Source: Firmicutes bacterium CAG:884
GTDB lineage: Bacteria; Bacillota_I; Bacilli_A; RF39; UBA660
Assembly: GCA_000433875.1 (NCBI GenBank)
Contig: HF993331.1
Coordinates: forward strand, 1,868 to 65,867
Direction: 5' to 3'
DNA length: 64,000 nt
Made by a program: the position numbers and the translations under genes. The notes beneath the pieces were generated by a model. It had not been told where the DNA came from. It saw only the letters and a program-made list of their open reading frames with translations, and made no database searches. Positions 29,893-39,752 of the stretch are shown in pieces (position 1 is the stretch's first letter; every line of letters starts with the position of its first letter).

Positions 29893-30741
29893 ATGTTTAA
29901 AGGAAAACCATTCGTAAAATGGGCCGGAGGAAAAAGACAAATTATAGATAAATTAAAAGAGTATGTACCAGATGAATATGATACTTACTATGAACCATTT
30001 GTAGGCGGAGGCGCATTACTTTTTGAACTAGCACCTAAAAAAGCTGTTATAAATGACCTAAATGAAGAATTAATGAATGTATATAATTGTTTATGTAATG
30101 AAGAAAAGTTCAAAAAAATGTGTAACTTATTAAATCATTATGAAGCTGAACATTCAGAAGAGTTTTATTACGAAATAAGAAATAAAGACAAAAATAAAAA
30201 TGCATATAATCGTTTATCTGACTATACTAAGGCAGCCCGTACAATATATTTGAATAAAGCTTGTTTTAACGGATTATATCGCGTCAATAGCAAGAATGAA
30301 TTCAATGTACCATTCGGTAAAAAAACAAAAATTAATACTTATGAAGGAAGTAATCTAATAACAGTAAGCAATTATTTAACAATGAACGATATAAAAATAC
30401 AAAGTGTAGATTTTGAAGAATCTTTAAAAACAGCTAAAAAAGGTGATTTTGTTTATATAGATCCACCATATGACTCAGACACATCAACATTCAATAACTA
30501 TACAGAAGATGGCTTTGGAAAAGAAGAACAAAGAAGACTAGCCAAAGTATATAAAGATTTAGACAAAAGAGGAGTATATGTTATGCTTTCAAACCATAAT
30601 ACAAACCTAATAAATGAACTTTACAAAGACTATCATATTCATATAATAGAAGCAAAAAGAAATATAAACGCAAATGGAAAAAAAAGAGGTAAAGTAGAAG
30701 AAGTAATTATAACAAATTACGAAAATAAAAGAGATTTTTAA
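29893..30741 (+). CDS. dam: Dam-family (DpnM/M.MboI-like) N6-adenine DNA methyltransferase, probably GATC-specific
   Basis: KWAGGKRQ, EPFVGGGA (motif I), YIDPPY (motif IV). C-terminus YVMLSNHNTNLINELYKDYHIHIIEAKRNINANGKKRGKVEEVIITNYE recalled as DpnM-like. Confidence 0.85.
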   Translation: MFKGKPFVKWAGGKRQIIDKLKEYVPDEYDTYYEPFVGGGALLFELAPKKAVINDLNEELMNVYNCLCNEEKFKKMCNLLNHYEAEHSEEFYYEIRNKDKNKNAYNRLSDYTKAARTIYLNKACFNGLYRVNSKNEFNVPFGKKTKINTYEGSNLITVSNYLTMNDIKIQSVDFEESLKTAKKGDFVYIDPPYDSDTSTFNNYTEDGFGKEEQRRLAKVYKDLDKRGVYVMLSNHNTNLINELYKDYHIHIIEAKRNINANGKKRGKVEEVIITNYENKRDF

Positions 30742-30760
30742 AATCAAACGAGGTGGAAAT

Positions 30761-31675
30761 ATGAATGATGAATTTCATAATCTAATAAAAGAAATATGTG
30801 AAAAACATAATATAAAATATAATCTTATTTCAAATGGTTGGGTAATGGTTCTTGAAAAAAACAATATAAAAGAAATAATAGTAGGCTATAAGTTTGAAAA
30901 TAATAATCATGCAATCGGTAAAATATTTGATGACAAATATGCAACATATGAATTACTTAATCTATATAATATCCCAGTAGTAGAGCATAGTATTGTTTAT
31001 AGCTTATCAAACAAAAATGAATATGCTAAAAAATATAATAGTGCAAAATACATTGAAAAATTATTCAATAAATATAATAAAGATATCGTTATAAAAGAAA
31101 ATACTGGATCAGGCGGAAAACAAGTTAAAAGATTTAATGATTTGAATGAATTAACAAAATACCATATAAAGATCGAGGATAATAACTCATATAGTATTAC
31201 ACCATTTTATAATATTGAAAATGAATATAGAACAATCATTTTAAATAATCAAATAAAATTAATGTATAAAAAAGAATTACCAGTAGTATATGGTGATGGT
31301 AGAACTAAAATAGAAGATTTATTAAAAAAATTTAATTATGAATACTTTAAAAATATAAAAGATGAAAGAATCTTAAAAAAGGGTGAAAAATATGCATACG
31401 ACTGGAAGTTTAATCTAGCCCGCGGATCAAGAGCAAACTTTGAAATAGAAGAAAATGATAAAAAACAAATATTAGACATAATAAATAAAATACTAAATAA
31501 TTTCAAAATAGGATTTTGTAGCATTGATATAATTAAAACAGAAAGTAAGTTTATGGTTCTTGAAATCAATAGTGGGGTTATGATGACAAACCTAATAAAA
31601 GAAAATATAGATGGTAAAAATATAGCATTTAAAATATATGAAGAAGAAATACTAAATATCTTTGGAGAAAAATAA
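30761..31675 (+). CDS. ATP-grasp-like protein (an unrecognised type II restriction endonuclease is the alternative)
   Basis: IVIKENTGSGGKQVKRF, EYRTIILNNQI and SKFMVLEINSGVMM match the ATP-grasp K-loop, central and Mg-binding patterns. RBS gaggtgg. Positioned like an R gene after the Dam methyltransferase. Confidence 0.45.
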   Translation: MNDEFHNLIKEICEKHNIKYNLISNGWVMVLEKNNIKEIIVGYKFENNNHAIGKIFDDKYATYELLNLYNIPVVEHSIVYSLSNKNEYAKKYNSAKYIEKLFNKYNKDIVIKENTGSGGKQVKRFNDLNELTKYHIKIEDNNSYSITPFYNIENEYRTIILNNQIKLMYKKELPVVYGDGRTKIEDLLKKFNYEYFKNIKDERILKKGEKYAYDWKFNLARGSRANFEIEENDKKQILDIINKILNNFKIGFCSIDIIKTESKFMVLEINSGVMMTNLIKENIDGKNIAFKIYEEEILNIFGEK

Positions 31676-31676
31676 T

Positions 31677-32465
31677 ATGGAATTTATAAAAACACTAATT
31701 GAAAGTATAAAAAGTAATTATGTAACATATCTTTTTTACTCTTGGTTCTTTTGTTTTCTTATGTATGCCCTATATAAAATAACAAGTCATTATTATCCCC
31801 AACTAAGAGGCTTTTGGGGTGAAAGATGGGTTAAAGACGAATTAAATAAACTACCCAAAACAAATTACAAAATATTAAACAACATAACAATATCTGATGA
31901 AAAAGGAATTCATCAAATTGACCATATCGTAGTTTCAAAATATGGAATATTTGTTATTGAAATGAAAAATTACTACGGATTAATAAGAGGAAATGAATAC
32001 TGGGATTATTGGATGCAATATGTAGGTAAAAATAAAAGAACATTTAAAAATCCCATTTATCAAAATTATGGCCACATAAAAGCCCTAGCAAATCTATTAG
32101 ATATAGATGAAAATAAATTCTTTTCAATAATCTGTTTTTCAAATCAAGCCAAATTAAAAGTTATATGTAAAACACCAATTGTACAAACATATGAAATCGC
32201 GCTTACAATAGGAAAATATCAAGAAGAAATACTAGATAATATAGAGCAAATAAGCGAAACAATAATAAAGAATAATATTAAAGATAAAAAAGTAAAAAAA
32301 GAACATACTAGTAAAATACAAAACCAAATAAGACTAACAGAAGAAAAAATAAGCAAAAACATATGTCCAAAATGTGGAAGTAAATTAGTTGAACGAAAAA
32401 GCAAATATGGATCATTCCTTGGCTGTTCTTCATATCCGAAATGTAAATTTACTAAACAATTATGA
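31677..32465 (+). CDS. NERD-domain nuclease-like protein with C-terminal topoisomerase-type C4 zinc ribbon
   Basis: NERD pattern (GERWVKDEL...IHQIDHIVVSKYGIFVIEMKNYYG...NPIYQNYGH). CPKCGSKLVERKSKYGSFLGCSSYPKC. Confidence 0.7.
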   Translation: MEFIKTLIESIKSNYVTYLFYSWFFCFLMYALYKITSHYYPQLRGFWGERWVKDELNKLPKTNYKILNNITISDEKGIHQIDHIVVSKYGIFVIEMKNYYGLIRGNEYWDYWMQYVGKNKRTFKNPIYQNYGHIKALANLLDIDENKFFSIICFSNQAKLKVICKTPIVQTYEIALTIGKYQEEILDNIEQISETIIKNNIKDKKVKKEHTSKIQNQIRLTEEKISKNICPKCGSKLVERKSKYGSFLGCSSYPKCKFTKQL

Positions 32466-32474
32466 AAGGATAAT

Positions 32475-32851
32475 ATGAAAGCATTAACTATAAAAGAACC
32501 ATGGGCTAGTTTAATCATAAACGGTTATAAAAAATATGAATTTAGATCTTGGAAAACCCATTATCGCGGTAAAATTCTAATCCATACAAGTCAAAAAATT
32601 GAAAAAAAATGTTACCAAGATTCCAAAAATATAATGTAAAATATACTGAAGGCGCTATAATAGGTGAAGCAGAACTAGTAGATTGTATTTTAGTAGACGA
32701 AAATTTTCAAAATAAATTAAGAAAAATAGATGAAAAAATATATGAAAGAAGTAACCATACAGAAAAATATGCTTGGAAACTTGAAAATGTAAAAAAATAT
32801 GATAAACCAATCTATATGAAAGGAAAACTAGGACTATGGAACATAGAATGA
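32475..32851 (+). pseudogene. ASCH-domain protein gene frameshifted in an A8 run
   Basis: MKALTIKEPWASLIINGYKKYEFRSWKTHYRGKILIHT...IEKK reads on in the +1 frame as MLPRFQKYNVKYTEGAIIGEAELVD... after A8 at 32602-32609. Confidence 0.55.
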
Positions 32852-33165
32852 AATTAAGAAATAAACCATTTGAACAAATAAAAAACAACAAAAAAACAAT
32901 CGAAATGCGTTTATATGATGAAAAAAGAAAACAAATAAAAGAAAAAGATACAATAATATTCACAAATATTGAAACAAACGAAGAATTAAAAGTAGAAGTA
33001 GAAAAATTATATATTTTTAATAACTTTGAAGAATTATATAATTATTTTGATAAAAAAGAATTAGGCTATGAAAATGAAGAAGCATCATATAAAGATATGG
33101 AAGCCTATTATTCAAAACAAAATCAAAAAGAATATGGTGTTGTTGGCATAAAAATAAAAAAATAA
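32836..33165 (+). CDS. ASCH-domain protein (second copy)
   Basis: MKLRNKPFEQIKNNKKTIEMRLYDEKRKQIKEKDTIIF...YGVVGIKIK is the typical ASCH/PUA-like pattern. Confidence 0.5.
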   Translation: MEHRMKLRNKPFEQIKNNKKTIEMRLYDEKRKQIKEKDTIIFTNIETNEELKVEVEKLYIFNNFEELYNYFDKKELGYENEEASYKDMEAYYSKQNQKEYGVVGIKIKK

Positions 33166-33253
33166 ACAAAAACTTAAAAAATGATGTTTATTAATATAAA
33201 ATATTGTGTTAAAATATAATTGTTAGTACAAAATAACAATGGAAGGTGAAAAT

Positions 33254-33802
33254 ATGTTAAAAAAAATAAACAAATTATTTTGGATGACAATACTATTTTC
33301 AGTACTACTATTAGTAGTAGGCGTATTATTTGTAGCATTTCCAAATGTTTCAATTAATGCACTATCAATCCTAATTGCTTCATCATTATTAGCATTTGGG
33401 CTAATATTAGTATTAGACTATAAATCCAGAATATTCTATATGCAATTTGTAACACTAGGAGTAATATTTATTATATTAGGTGCAATACTTTTACTTCACA
33501 CTGATATAGTACAATCACTAGTACCAATCATAATAGGAGCATACATTATAGTAAATGAAATTATTAATATGCAAATATCATTAAAACTAATGAAATATAG
33601 TAATAAATTAGTATGGGCATTTATCTTATCATTACTATCTTGTATATGTGGATGCTTTATGATAATATATCCAACAAACGGAGCATTAGCGATTACACTA
33701 TATATGGGAATTGTTTTAATTATCTATTCAGTATCAGTACTAACAAATATGATAATATTCAAAAAACATATCAATGATATAGTAAAAATCGCACAAAACT
33801 AG
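33254..33802 (+). CDS. HdeD/DUF308-family membrane protein
   Basis: Six TM helices with repeated small-residue motifs. RBS ggaaggtgaaaat. Confidence 0.55.
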   Translation: MLKKINKLFWMTILFSVLLLVVGVLFVAFPNVSINALSILIASSLLAFGLILVLDYKSRIFYMQFVTLGVIFIILGAILLLHTDIVQSLVPIIIGAYIIVNEIINMQISLKLMKYSNKLVWAFILSLLSCICGCFMIIYPTNGALAITLYMGIVLIIYSVSVLTNMIIFKKHINDIVKIAQN

Positions 33803-33834
33803 GGACCATATAGTCCCTTTAATTAAGGAGTTAT

Positions 33835-34509
33835 ATGCAAAAATTATTCATTTTATTCATAATATATTCATTCATCGGTTGGAGTATGGAAGTAATATGT
33901 AAATTAGTTCAAAAAGGAAGATTTATAAATAGAGGATTTTTAATCGGGCCTTGGTGTCCTATATATGGAATCGGATGCGTTCTTTTAACTCTTCTTTTAA
34001 CAAGATATAAAGCAAATCCATTATTACTATTTATAATGGCAATAATTATATGTTCATTCCTTGAATATATGACAAGCTATATAATGGAAAAAATATTTGG
34101 AGCAAGATGGTGGGATTATTCAACCAAAAAGTTTAATATAAATGGAAGAATATGCGCGGAAACAATGATTCCATTTGGTTTGCTAGGACTATTAGTAATA
34201 TACTTTTTAAACCCATTTCTAATAAAACAAATCGATAAAGTAGATCCAAATGTTCTAAATATAATATCAATAATTATTCTTATTATATTTATACTAGACT
34301 TAATAATATCATTTACAATAATCTTTAATTTTAAATCAACAATAAAAAAGACTGAAAAAGATTCAACCGAAGAAATAACAAAAAAGGTAAAAGAAATATT
34401 CTTATCAAAGAGTATCTTACATAGAAGATTAGTAAAAGCTTTCCCAGACCTTAAAAACAAAACCAAAAAAATAAAAGAAAAATTAAAGGCAAGGTATGAA
34501 ATAAAGTAA
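33835..34509 (+). CDS. Polytopic membrane protein (DUF1113 / putative ABC-transporter type IV family-like)
   Basis: FIGWSMEVICKLVQKGRFINRGFLIGPWCPIYGIGCVL signature. Four to five TM helices. Basic C-terminal tail. Confidence 0.4.
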   Translation: MQKLFILFIIYSFIGWSMEVICKLVQKGRFINRGFLIGPWCPIYGIGCVLLTLLLTRYKANPLLLFIMAIIICSFLEYMTSYIMEKIFGARWWDYSTKKFNINGRICAETMIPFGLLGLLVIYFLNPFLIKQIDKVDPNVLNIISIIILIIFILDLIISFTIIFNFKSTIKKTEKDSTEEITKKVKEIFLSKSILHRRLVKAFPDLKNKTKKIKEKLKARYEIK

Positions 34510-34677
34510 AAAAATAATAAAAGGTATAATATTATACCTTGACTATTCAAACTAAAGGTATGAAAAATACCTTTTTTTGATGAATATAAATAAAACTTTC
34601 AAAAAAAATAAAAAAATTTGAAAAATAAAAAGTTTTAAGACTATTTACCTCGTATAGTATATTTGAGGAGGAAAAAT

Positions 34678-36948
34678 ATGTTAAAAACAATAATAATAAT
34701 TTTAAGTACTTTATTATGTATAACAAATACAAATGCCAGTGCGAAAATAGAAAAACAAAACATTTACTATGCAAGATATGGAGGAGGTAAACCATATTTA
34801 TCAGATAAAGTTGAATACTTTGAAATAGACGGCAACACGGCTTACTGTATTGAACCAGGAATGCCAATATCAACAACTGACTATATAGAAATGAATGAAT
34901 TACCATATTCAAATGACATAATTGAAAAAATAAAACTAATAGGCTATTATGGCTATAATTATGAAAACCATAAAACAAATAACTATCGCCTAGCAACCCA
35001 AGCACTTATATGGAATCTAATAGGTGGACAAAAAGTTGACTTTTATACTAAACAATATGGTTATGGTGATTATATTGATATATCCAAAGAAAAAGAAGAA
35101 ATCCAAAATCTAATAAATAAACACTACCTAAAACCAACTATAAATGATATAGAAGAATTTTATAATAATGAAATCATAATAAAAGATGCAAATGAAGTAT
35201 TAGATAACTATGAAATTGAATATCAAGGAAAAAATAATGTTCAAATTAAAAATAATACCCTAATAATCAAAATACTAAAACAAGATAAATTAATCCTTAA
35301 AAGAAAAAAATATGATAATAAAACGTCTGTATTTTATGAAGGAAACAATATAAAATCGCAAATGATAGCAGTTTTAACATTAGATGAAATAGATAAAATA
35401 GAAATAAACCTATCTCCAATATTTGGTGAATTAAAAATAAATAAAAAAAGTAATAAAGAAAGTATTTATACTTTAAAAGATGCCATTTATGGAATATATG
35501 ATCTAGAAAATAATTTAATAAAAGAAATTAAAACAGATGAGAAAGGAAACGCTCAAGCAAAATTAACCAAAGGAAAATATTATTTAAAAGAAATAAAAGC
35601 ACCATTAGGTTATCATTTAGACGAAACTAAACATTACTTTGAAATAGATAAAGAAAATCTAATAAAAGAACTTATTCTTGAAGAAGAAGTAATTGAAAGT
35701 AAAATAAAACTTAAAAAAAGGTATGGTAATTCAAGTAAAGAATTATATGATGAACCAAACATAACATTTTTAGTATATAAAAACAATGAATTAATAAATA
35801 AAATAACAACAAATGAAATAGGGGAAGCAACAATTATCTTACCATATGGAAAATATACTATAAAACAAGAAAATACCAAAGAAGGATATTTAAAAGTAAA
35901 TGATTTTGAAATTACTGTAGATGGAAAAAATAAAGAATTAAAATATGAATTAGTAGATGAAGAAATAAATGCTTTTGTCAAAATTATAAAAAAAGATTAT
36001 GAAACAAATGAAACAATAAAACAAAAAGGAATAAAATTTAAAATCAAAAATTTAGATAAAAATGAATATATATGTGAAAATAAAGAATGTACATATGAAA
36101 CAAACGAAGAAGGCTATATAATAACATCTGAGCGTTTAAAAGGTAATCTTTTAATTGAAGAATGTAAACAATACTTGAATGGTTATATATGGAACAAAGA
36201 AAAAATTAAAATATTTATAGGTGATAAAATAATAGATACATATACTATTGAATTCAAAAATAAAAGAGTAAAAGGTCAAATAAAAATCCTAAAACAAGGT
36301 GAAAATGAATTATTAGAAAATGTTAAATTTAATTTATATGCTAAAGATAATATTATCATCAATAATAAAATAATATATAAAAAAAATGAATTAATTTTAA
36401 CAAAAACAACAAACAAAGAAGGAATAATTATATTTGATAATTTAGAATTAGGAAACTATTATATAAAAGAAATAGAAACAAATAATAACTATATACTAGA
36501 TGATAAAGAATATGAAATATCATTAAAATACAAAGACGAAGAAACAAGTATTATTAAAGAATATATAGAAATTAAAAATTATCTAAAAAGAGGGAAATTA
36601 GTATTTTATAAAATAGATTCCTTAACAAAAGAAAAACTAGAAAATGCTGTTATTCAAATATATAAAGATAATGAATTAATAAAAGAAGAAGTAACAAATA
36701 TAGATGGATTAATAGAACTAAGTAATCTTTTAATAGGTAATTACTATATTATTGAAAAAGAAGCCCCCAAAGGGTATATAAAATCTGAAAATATAATAGA
36801 GTTTGAAATAAAGTATAACGAAGTAACGGAAATAACTATGGAAAATGATCCTATAATAGAAGTACCAAATACAATAAAAAACTCCAATTATAAAATAATA
36901 ACTTTACTCATAATAGGACTATTAAAAAAATATGAAGAAACTAATTAG
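34678..36948 (+). CDS. Cell-surface adhesin: signal peptide, thioester-like domain, Cna-B/SpaA-type repeats, atypical sorting signal
   Basis: RBS gaggagg. YCIEPG and TQALIW in the first 120 aa. Repeats carry G(K/N)YY(L/I)KE(I/T)(K/E)AP-GY. C-terminus EVPNTIKNSNYKIITLLIIGLLKKYEETN. Confidence 0.6.
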   Translation: MLKTIIIILSTLLCITNTNASAKIEKQNIYYARYGGGKPYLSDKVEYFEIDGNTAYCIEPGMPISTTDYIEMNELPYSNDIIEKIKLIGYYGYNYENHKTNNYRLATQALIWNLIGGQKVDFYTKQYGYGDYIDISKEKEEIQNLINKHYLKPTINDIEEFYNNEIIIKDANEVLDNYEIEYQGKNNVQIKNNTLIIKILKQDKLILKRKKYDNKTSVFYEGNNIKSQMIAVLTLDEIDKIEINLSPIFGELKINKKSNKESIYTLKDAIYGIYDLENNLIKEIKTDEKGNAQAKLTKGKYYLKEIKAPLGYHLDETKHYFEIDKENLIKELILEEEVIESKIKLKKRYGNSSKELYDEPNITFLVYKNNELINKITTNEIGEATIILPYGKYTIKQENTKEGYLKVNDFEITVDGKNKELKYELVDEEINAFVKIIKKDYETNETIKQKGIKFKIKNLDKNEYICENKECTYETNEEGYIITSERLKGNLLIEECKQYLNGYIWNKEKIKIFIGDKIIDTYTIEFKNKRVKGQIKILKQGENELLENVKFNLYAKDNIIINNKIIYKKNELILTKTTNKEGIIIFDNLELGNYYIKEIETNNNYILDDKEYEISLKYKDEETSIIKEYIEIKNYLKRGKLVFYKIDSLTKEKLENAVIQIYKDNELIKEEVTNIDGLIELSNLLIGNYYIIEKEAPKGYIKSENIIEFEIKYNEVTEITMENDPIIEVPNTIKNSNYKIITLLIIGLLKKYEETN

Positions 36949-37441
36949 TATAATTCTTTTATTAAACATATTAAGATTTAAATATATAGAATATAGAATT
37001 CCTGTGAAAGAAGAAAATAAAATAATTACAAAAGAAACAACTAATGAAGAAAAATATTTATTAACTCTTGAAATACCAAAAATCAAATTGAAAAGAAAAA
37101 TATATAATTTAGAAAGTAAAAATAATAATGTAAACAAAAATATTGAATTATTAAAACCATTTATTGAACCAAGTAATAAAAATGGTATTATCATTTTAGC
37201 AGGTCATAATGGTAATTCAAATGTATCATATTTTAACAAATTATATAAATTAAATATAAATGATAATATAATAATAGAATATAAACAAAAAAAATATGTT
37301 TACCAAATAGTAAACATATATGATATTTTAAAAACAGGGAAAGCTCTAATTAAAACCTCTAATTATAATAATATAATTGTACTTATAACCTGTAAAGGAC
37401 GGAATAAACAAACCATTTATATAGCATCACTTATTAGCTAA
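36932..37441 (+). CDS. Sortase (small, SrtA-like fold)
   Basis: ILAGHNG (His), VLITC (TLXTC Cys), downstream Arg (GRNKQTIYIA). Overlaps the adhesin stop by 17 nt. Confidence 0.7.
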   Translation: MKKLISIILLLNILRFKYIEYRIPVKEENKIITKETTNEEKYLLTLEIPKIKLKRKIYNLESKNNNVNKNIELLKPFIEPSNKNGIIILAGHNGNSNVSYFNKLYKLNINDNIIIEYKQKKYVYQIVNIYDILKTGKALIKTSNYNNIIVLITCKGRNKQTIYIASLIS

Positions 37442-38467
37442 AAAATATTCATAATACTCATCATAAGTAATACCTGTTTTGTAAATATATTCAGCAACTT
37501 CTGAACCAACATACCTATAATGCCAAGGCTCATAAACATAACCAGTTAAGTTTGTGTACTCTTTAGGATATCTCAAAATAAAACCATATCTATAAGCATT
37601 ATCTTTAAGCCATTTAAACTCATTTGTGTTACTAAAATTATATGAAATATCATTTAAATCAATAGCAAGCCCCGTTTGATGTTCTGAATGACCTGGTCTT
37701 GCAGAGTAAGTATCAGCCTCAGCCTTACCATCTCTATTTACATATTGATTATATAATACCTTTTGATAATCATAACTTCTGTAACCAGAAGCAATATAAA
37801 TATTTAATCCTAAAACTCTTGCATCATCAGCCATCTTTTTAAAGTTTTCAAATAATGTCTTATCAACCTTACCATATCCATAACCAGAAGTAATATTAAC
37901 TAAAGTAGTAGGTTCATATTTCTCATCTAATGCATAAAACTTATTAACAATAACAAGTAAATCATTTTGATTCTTAGATTGTTTAATATTATTATAATAA
38001 CCATAATCAATATTAGCATTTACACTAGCAACAATATCTCTAACCTTTAAATCTGAATGATTATTTAAATACTCCAAATATCTATTAGTATTACTTAAAA
38101 TAAAATAACTATCATTTTTAATATTGTATAAATTATCGCTATAATCATAATTATCAAGATTAGCGTTAACCATCTCAATCGCACGCTCATAATCAATTTT
38201 ATTCTTTGTAATATATTTTATATAAACACACTTTTTAGAACTATCAAAATTTTCATTATCAATTAAACTATCAATATTATCTATATAATTATCATATAGA
38301 CAATTAACATCCTCACCAAACACACTAAATAACTTATCAGCAGTTTCTTTGGTATAACCAATTTTTACAAGTTCATTATCCATCTCTTTATCACCACTAA
38401 AATATATTATGCAAGTAATGATTAAAATAATTGCAATAACAAAACTAAATATAATATTCTTTTTCAT
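37427..38467 (-). CDS. VanY-type D-alanyl-D-alanine carboxypeptidase (peptidase M15B), N-terminal membrane anchor
   Basis: SGYRSYDYQ, SARPGHSEHQTGLAIDL, GFILRYP and EPWHYRYVG motifs. Confidence 0.75.
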   Translation of the reverse strand: MKKNIIFSFVIAIILIITCIIYFSGDKEMDNELVKIGYTKETADKLFSVFGEDVNCLYDNYIDNIDSLIDNENFDSSKKCVYIKYITKNKIDYERAIEMVNANLDNYDYSDNLYNIKNDSYFILSNTNRYLEYLNNHSDLKVRDIVASVNANIDYGYYNNIKQSKNQNDLLVIVNKFYALDEKYEPTTLVNITSGYGYGKVDKTLFENFKKMADDARVLGLNIYIASGYRSYDYQKVLYNQYVNRDGKAEADTYSARPGHSEHQTGLAIDLNDISYNFSNTNEFKWLKDNAYRYGFILRYPKEYTNLTGYVYEPWHYRYVGSEVAEYIYKTGITYDEYYEYFLANK

Positions 38468-38528
38468 AAACGCTCCTTTTATATAACATATCTAATTATA
38501 TTATATCATATATTTTATTGGTGATGAT

Positions 38529-39671
38529 ATGAAAAAAATAATAATTATATTTACAGGAATACTTTTATGTATATCAAAAGTAAATGCAGATGAAATATTC
38601 GCTCCATCAAGTAAAAGTGCGATCCTAATAGAAGCCTCAACTGGTGAAGTATTATATGAAAAGAATGCAAATGAAAAATTAAAACCAGCGTCAATGACTA
38701 AGATGATGACTCTTTTATTAACATTTGAAGCAATTGAAAGAGGCGATTTAAAATTAACAGATGAAGTAATTGTATCAATTAATGCATCAGGAATGGGTGG
38801 AAGCCAAATATTACTTGAAACCGGTGAAAAAATGACGGTTGATAACCTAATAAAAGGTGTAGCAATTGCAAGTGGTAATGATGCTGCTGTCGCTTTAGCT
38901 GAAAAAATAGGTGGAACTGAAGATTATTTTGTTGAACTTATGAATAAAAGAGCAACTGAATTAGGTTTAAAAAATACCCATTTTCAAAATGCTCATGGTA
39001 TTGATGCCGAGAACCATTATTCAACAGCATATGATATGAGTGTAATTGCTCGTGAACTTTTAAAACACGAAAAAATAACTGATTATACAAAAATATATGA
39101 AATGTATCTAAGGGAAAACACTAATCGAAAAGTTTGGCTTGTTAATACAAATAAATTAGTTAGATTTTATGATTATATAGATGGACTTAAAACAGGCTAT
39201 ACAAGAGGAGCAGGTTATTGTATAACATTAACCGGAATGAAAAATGGTATGCGTTTAATTGCTGTAACAATGGATGAACCAAGTATTGAAAGTAGAAATA
39301 GAGAAACATTAGGTTTAATTGATTATGGCTTTGCACAATATGAATTGGAAACATTATTATCAAAAGAAAGTATAATTGCAACAAAAACAATCGCAAAATC
39401 AATTCAAAGAAAGGTTGATGTTGTACCTTTAGAAGATATAAAAGTATTAAATAAAAAAATGCAAAATAAAAAGACAGTTACATATAAAATTGACATAAAT
39501 AATATAGAAGCACCAGTTAATAAAGGAAATGTAGTCGGAAGTATTACATTAATTGAAAACGATAAAGAAACAAGAACAATACCATTAACTGTAAAAGAAA
39601 GTATAAAAAAAGCTAACATATTTGAATTGTATTTAAGAAATATGAAAGAATTACTGTTAGGCCAAATATAA
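38529..39671 (+). CDS. Serine-type D-alanyl-D-alanine carboxypeptidase (peptidase S11, DacB-like)
   Basis: Signal peptide. SMTKMMT (SxxK), SGN, KTG motifs. C-terminal PBP5-like domain. Confidence 0.85.
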   Translation: MKKIIIIFTGILLCISKVNADEIFAPSSKSAILIEASTGEVLYEKNANEKLKPASMTKMMTLLLTFEAIERGDLKLTDEVIVSINASGMGGSQILLETGEKMTVDNLIKGVAIASGNDAAVALAEKIGGTEDYFVELMNKRATELGLKNTHFQNAHGIDAENHYSTAYDMSVIARELLKHEKITDYTKIYEMYLRENTNRKVWLVNTNKLVRFYDYIDGLKTGYTRGAGYCITLTGMKNGMRLIAVTMDEPSIESRNRETLGLIDYGFAQYELETLLSKESIIATKTIAKSIQRKVDVVPLEDIKVLNKKMQNKKTVTYKIDINNIEAPVNKGNVVGSITLIENDKETRTIPLTVKESIKKANIFELYLRNMKELLLGQI

Positions 39672-39752
39672 TACTTAGTTAAGTCTAAGTATTTTTTATA
39701 ATAATTAAATATTTTATGTTATAATTATTAAAGCATTAGAAAAGAGGAAAAA

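Noticed and set aside
30761-31675. Calling the gene after the Dam methyltransferase a GATC restriction endonuclease outright
   Set aside because: The protein shows ATP-grasp-like motif spacing rather than a recognisable PD-(D/E)xK pattern. My recollection of MboI/DpnII sequences is not reliable enough, so it is left as an alternative hypothesis in the finding.
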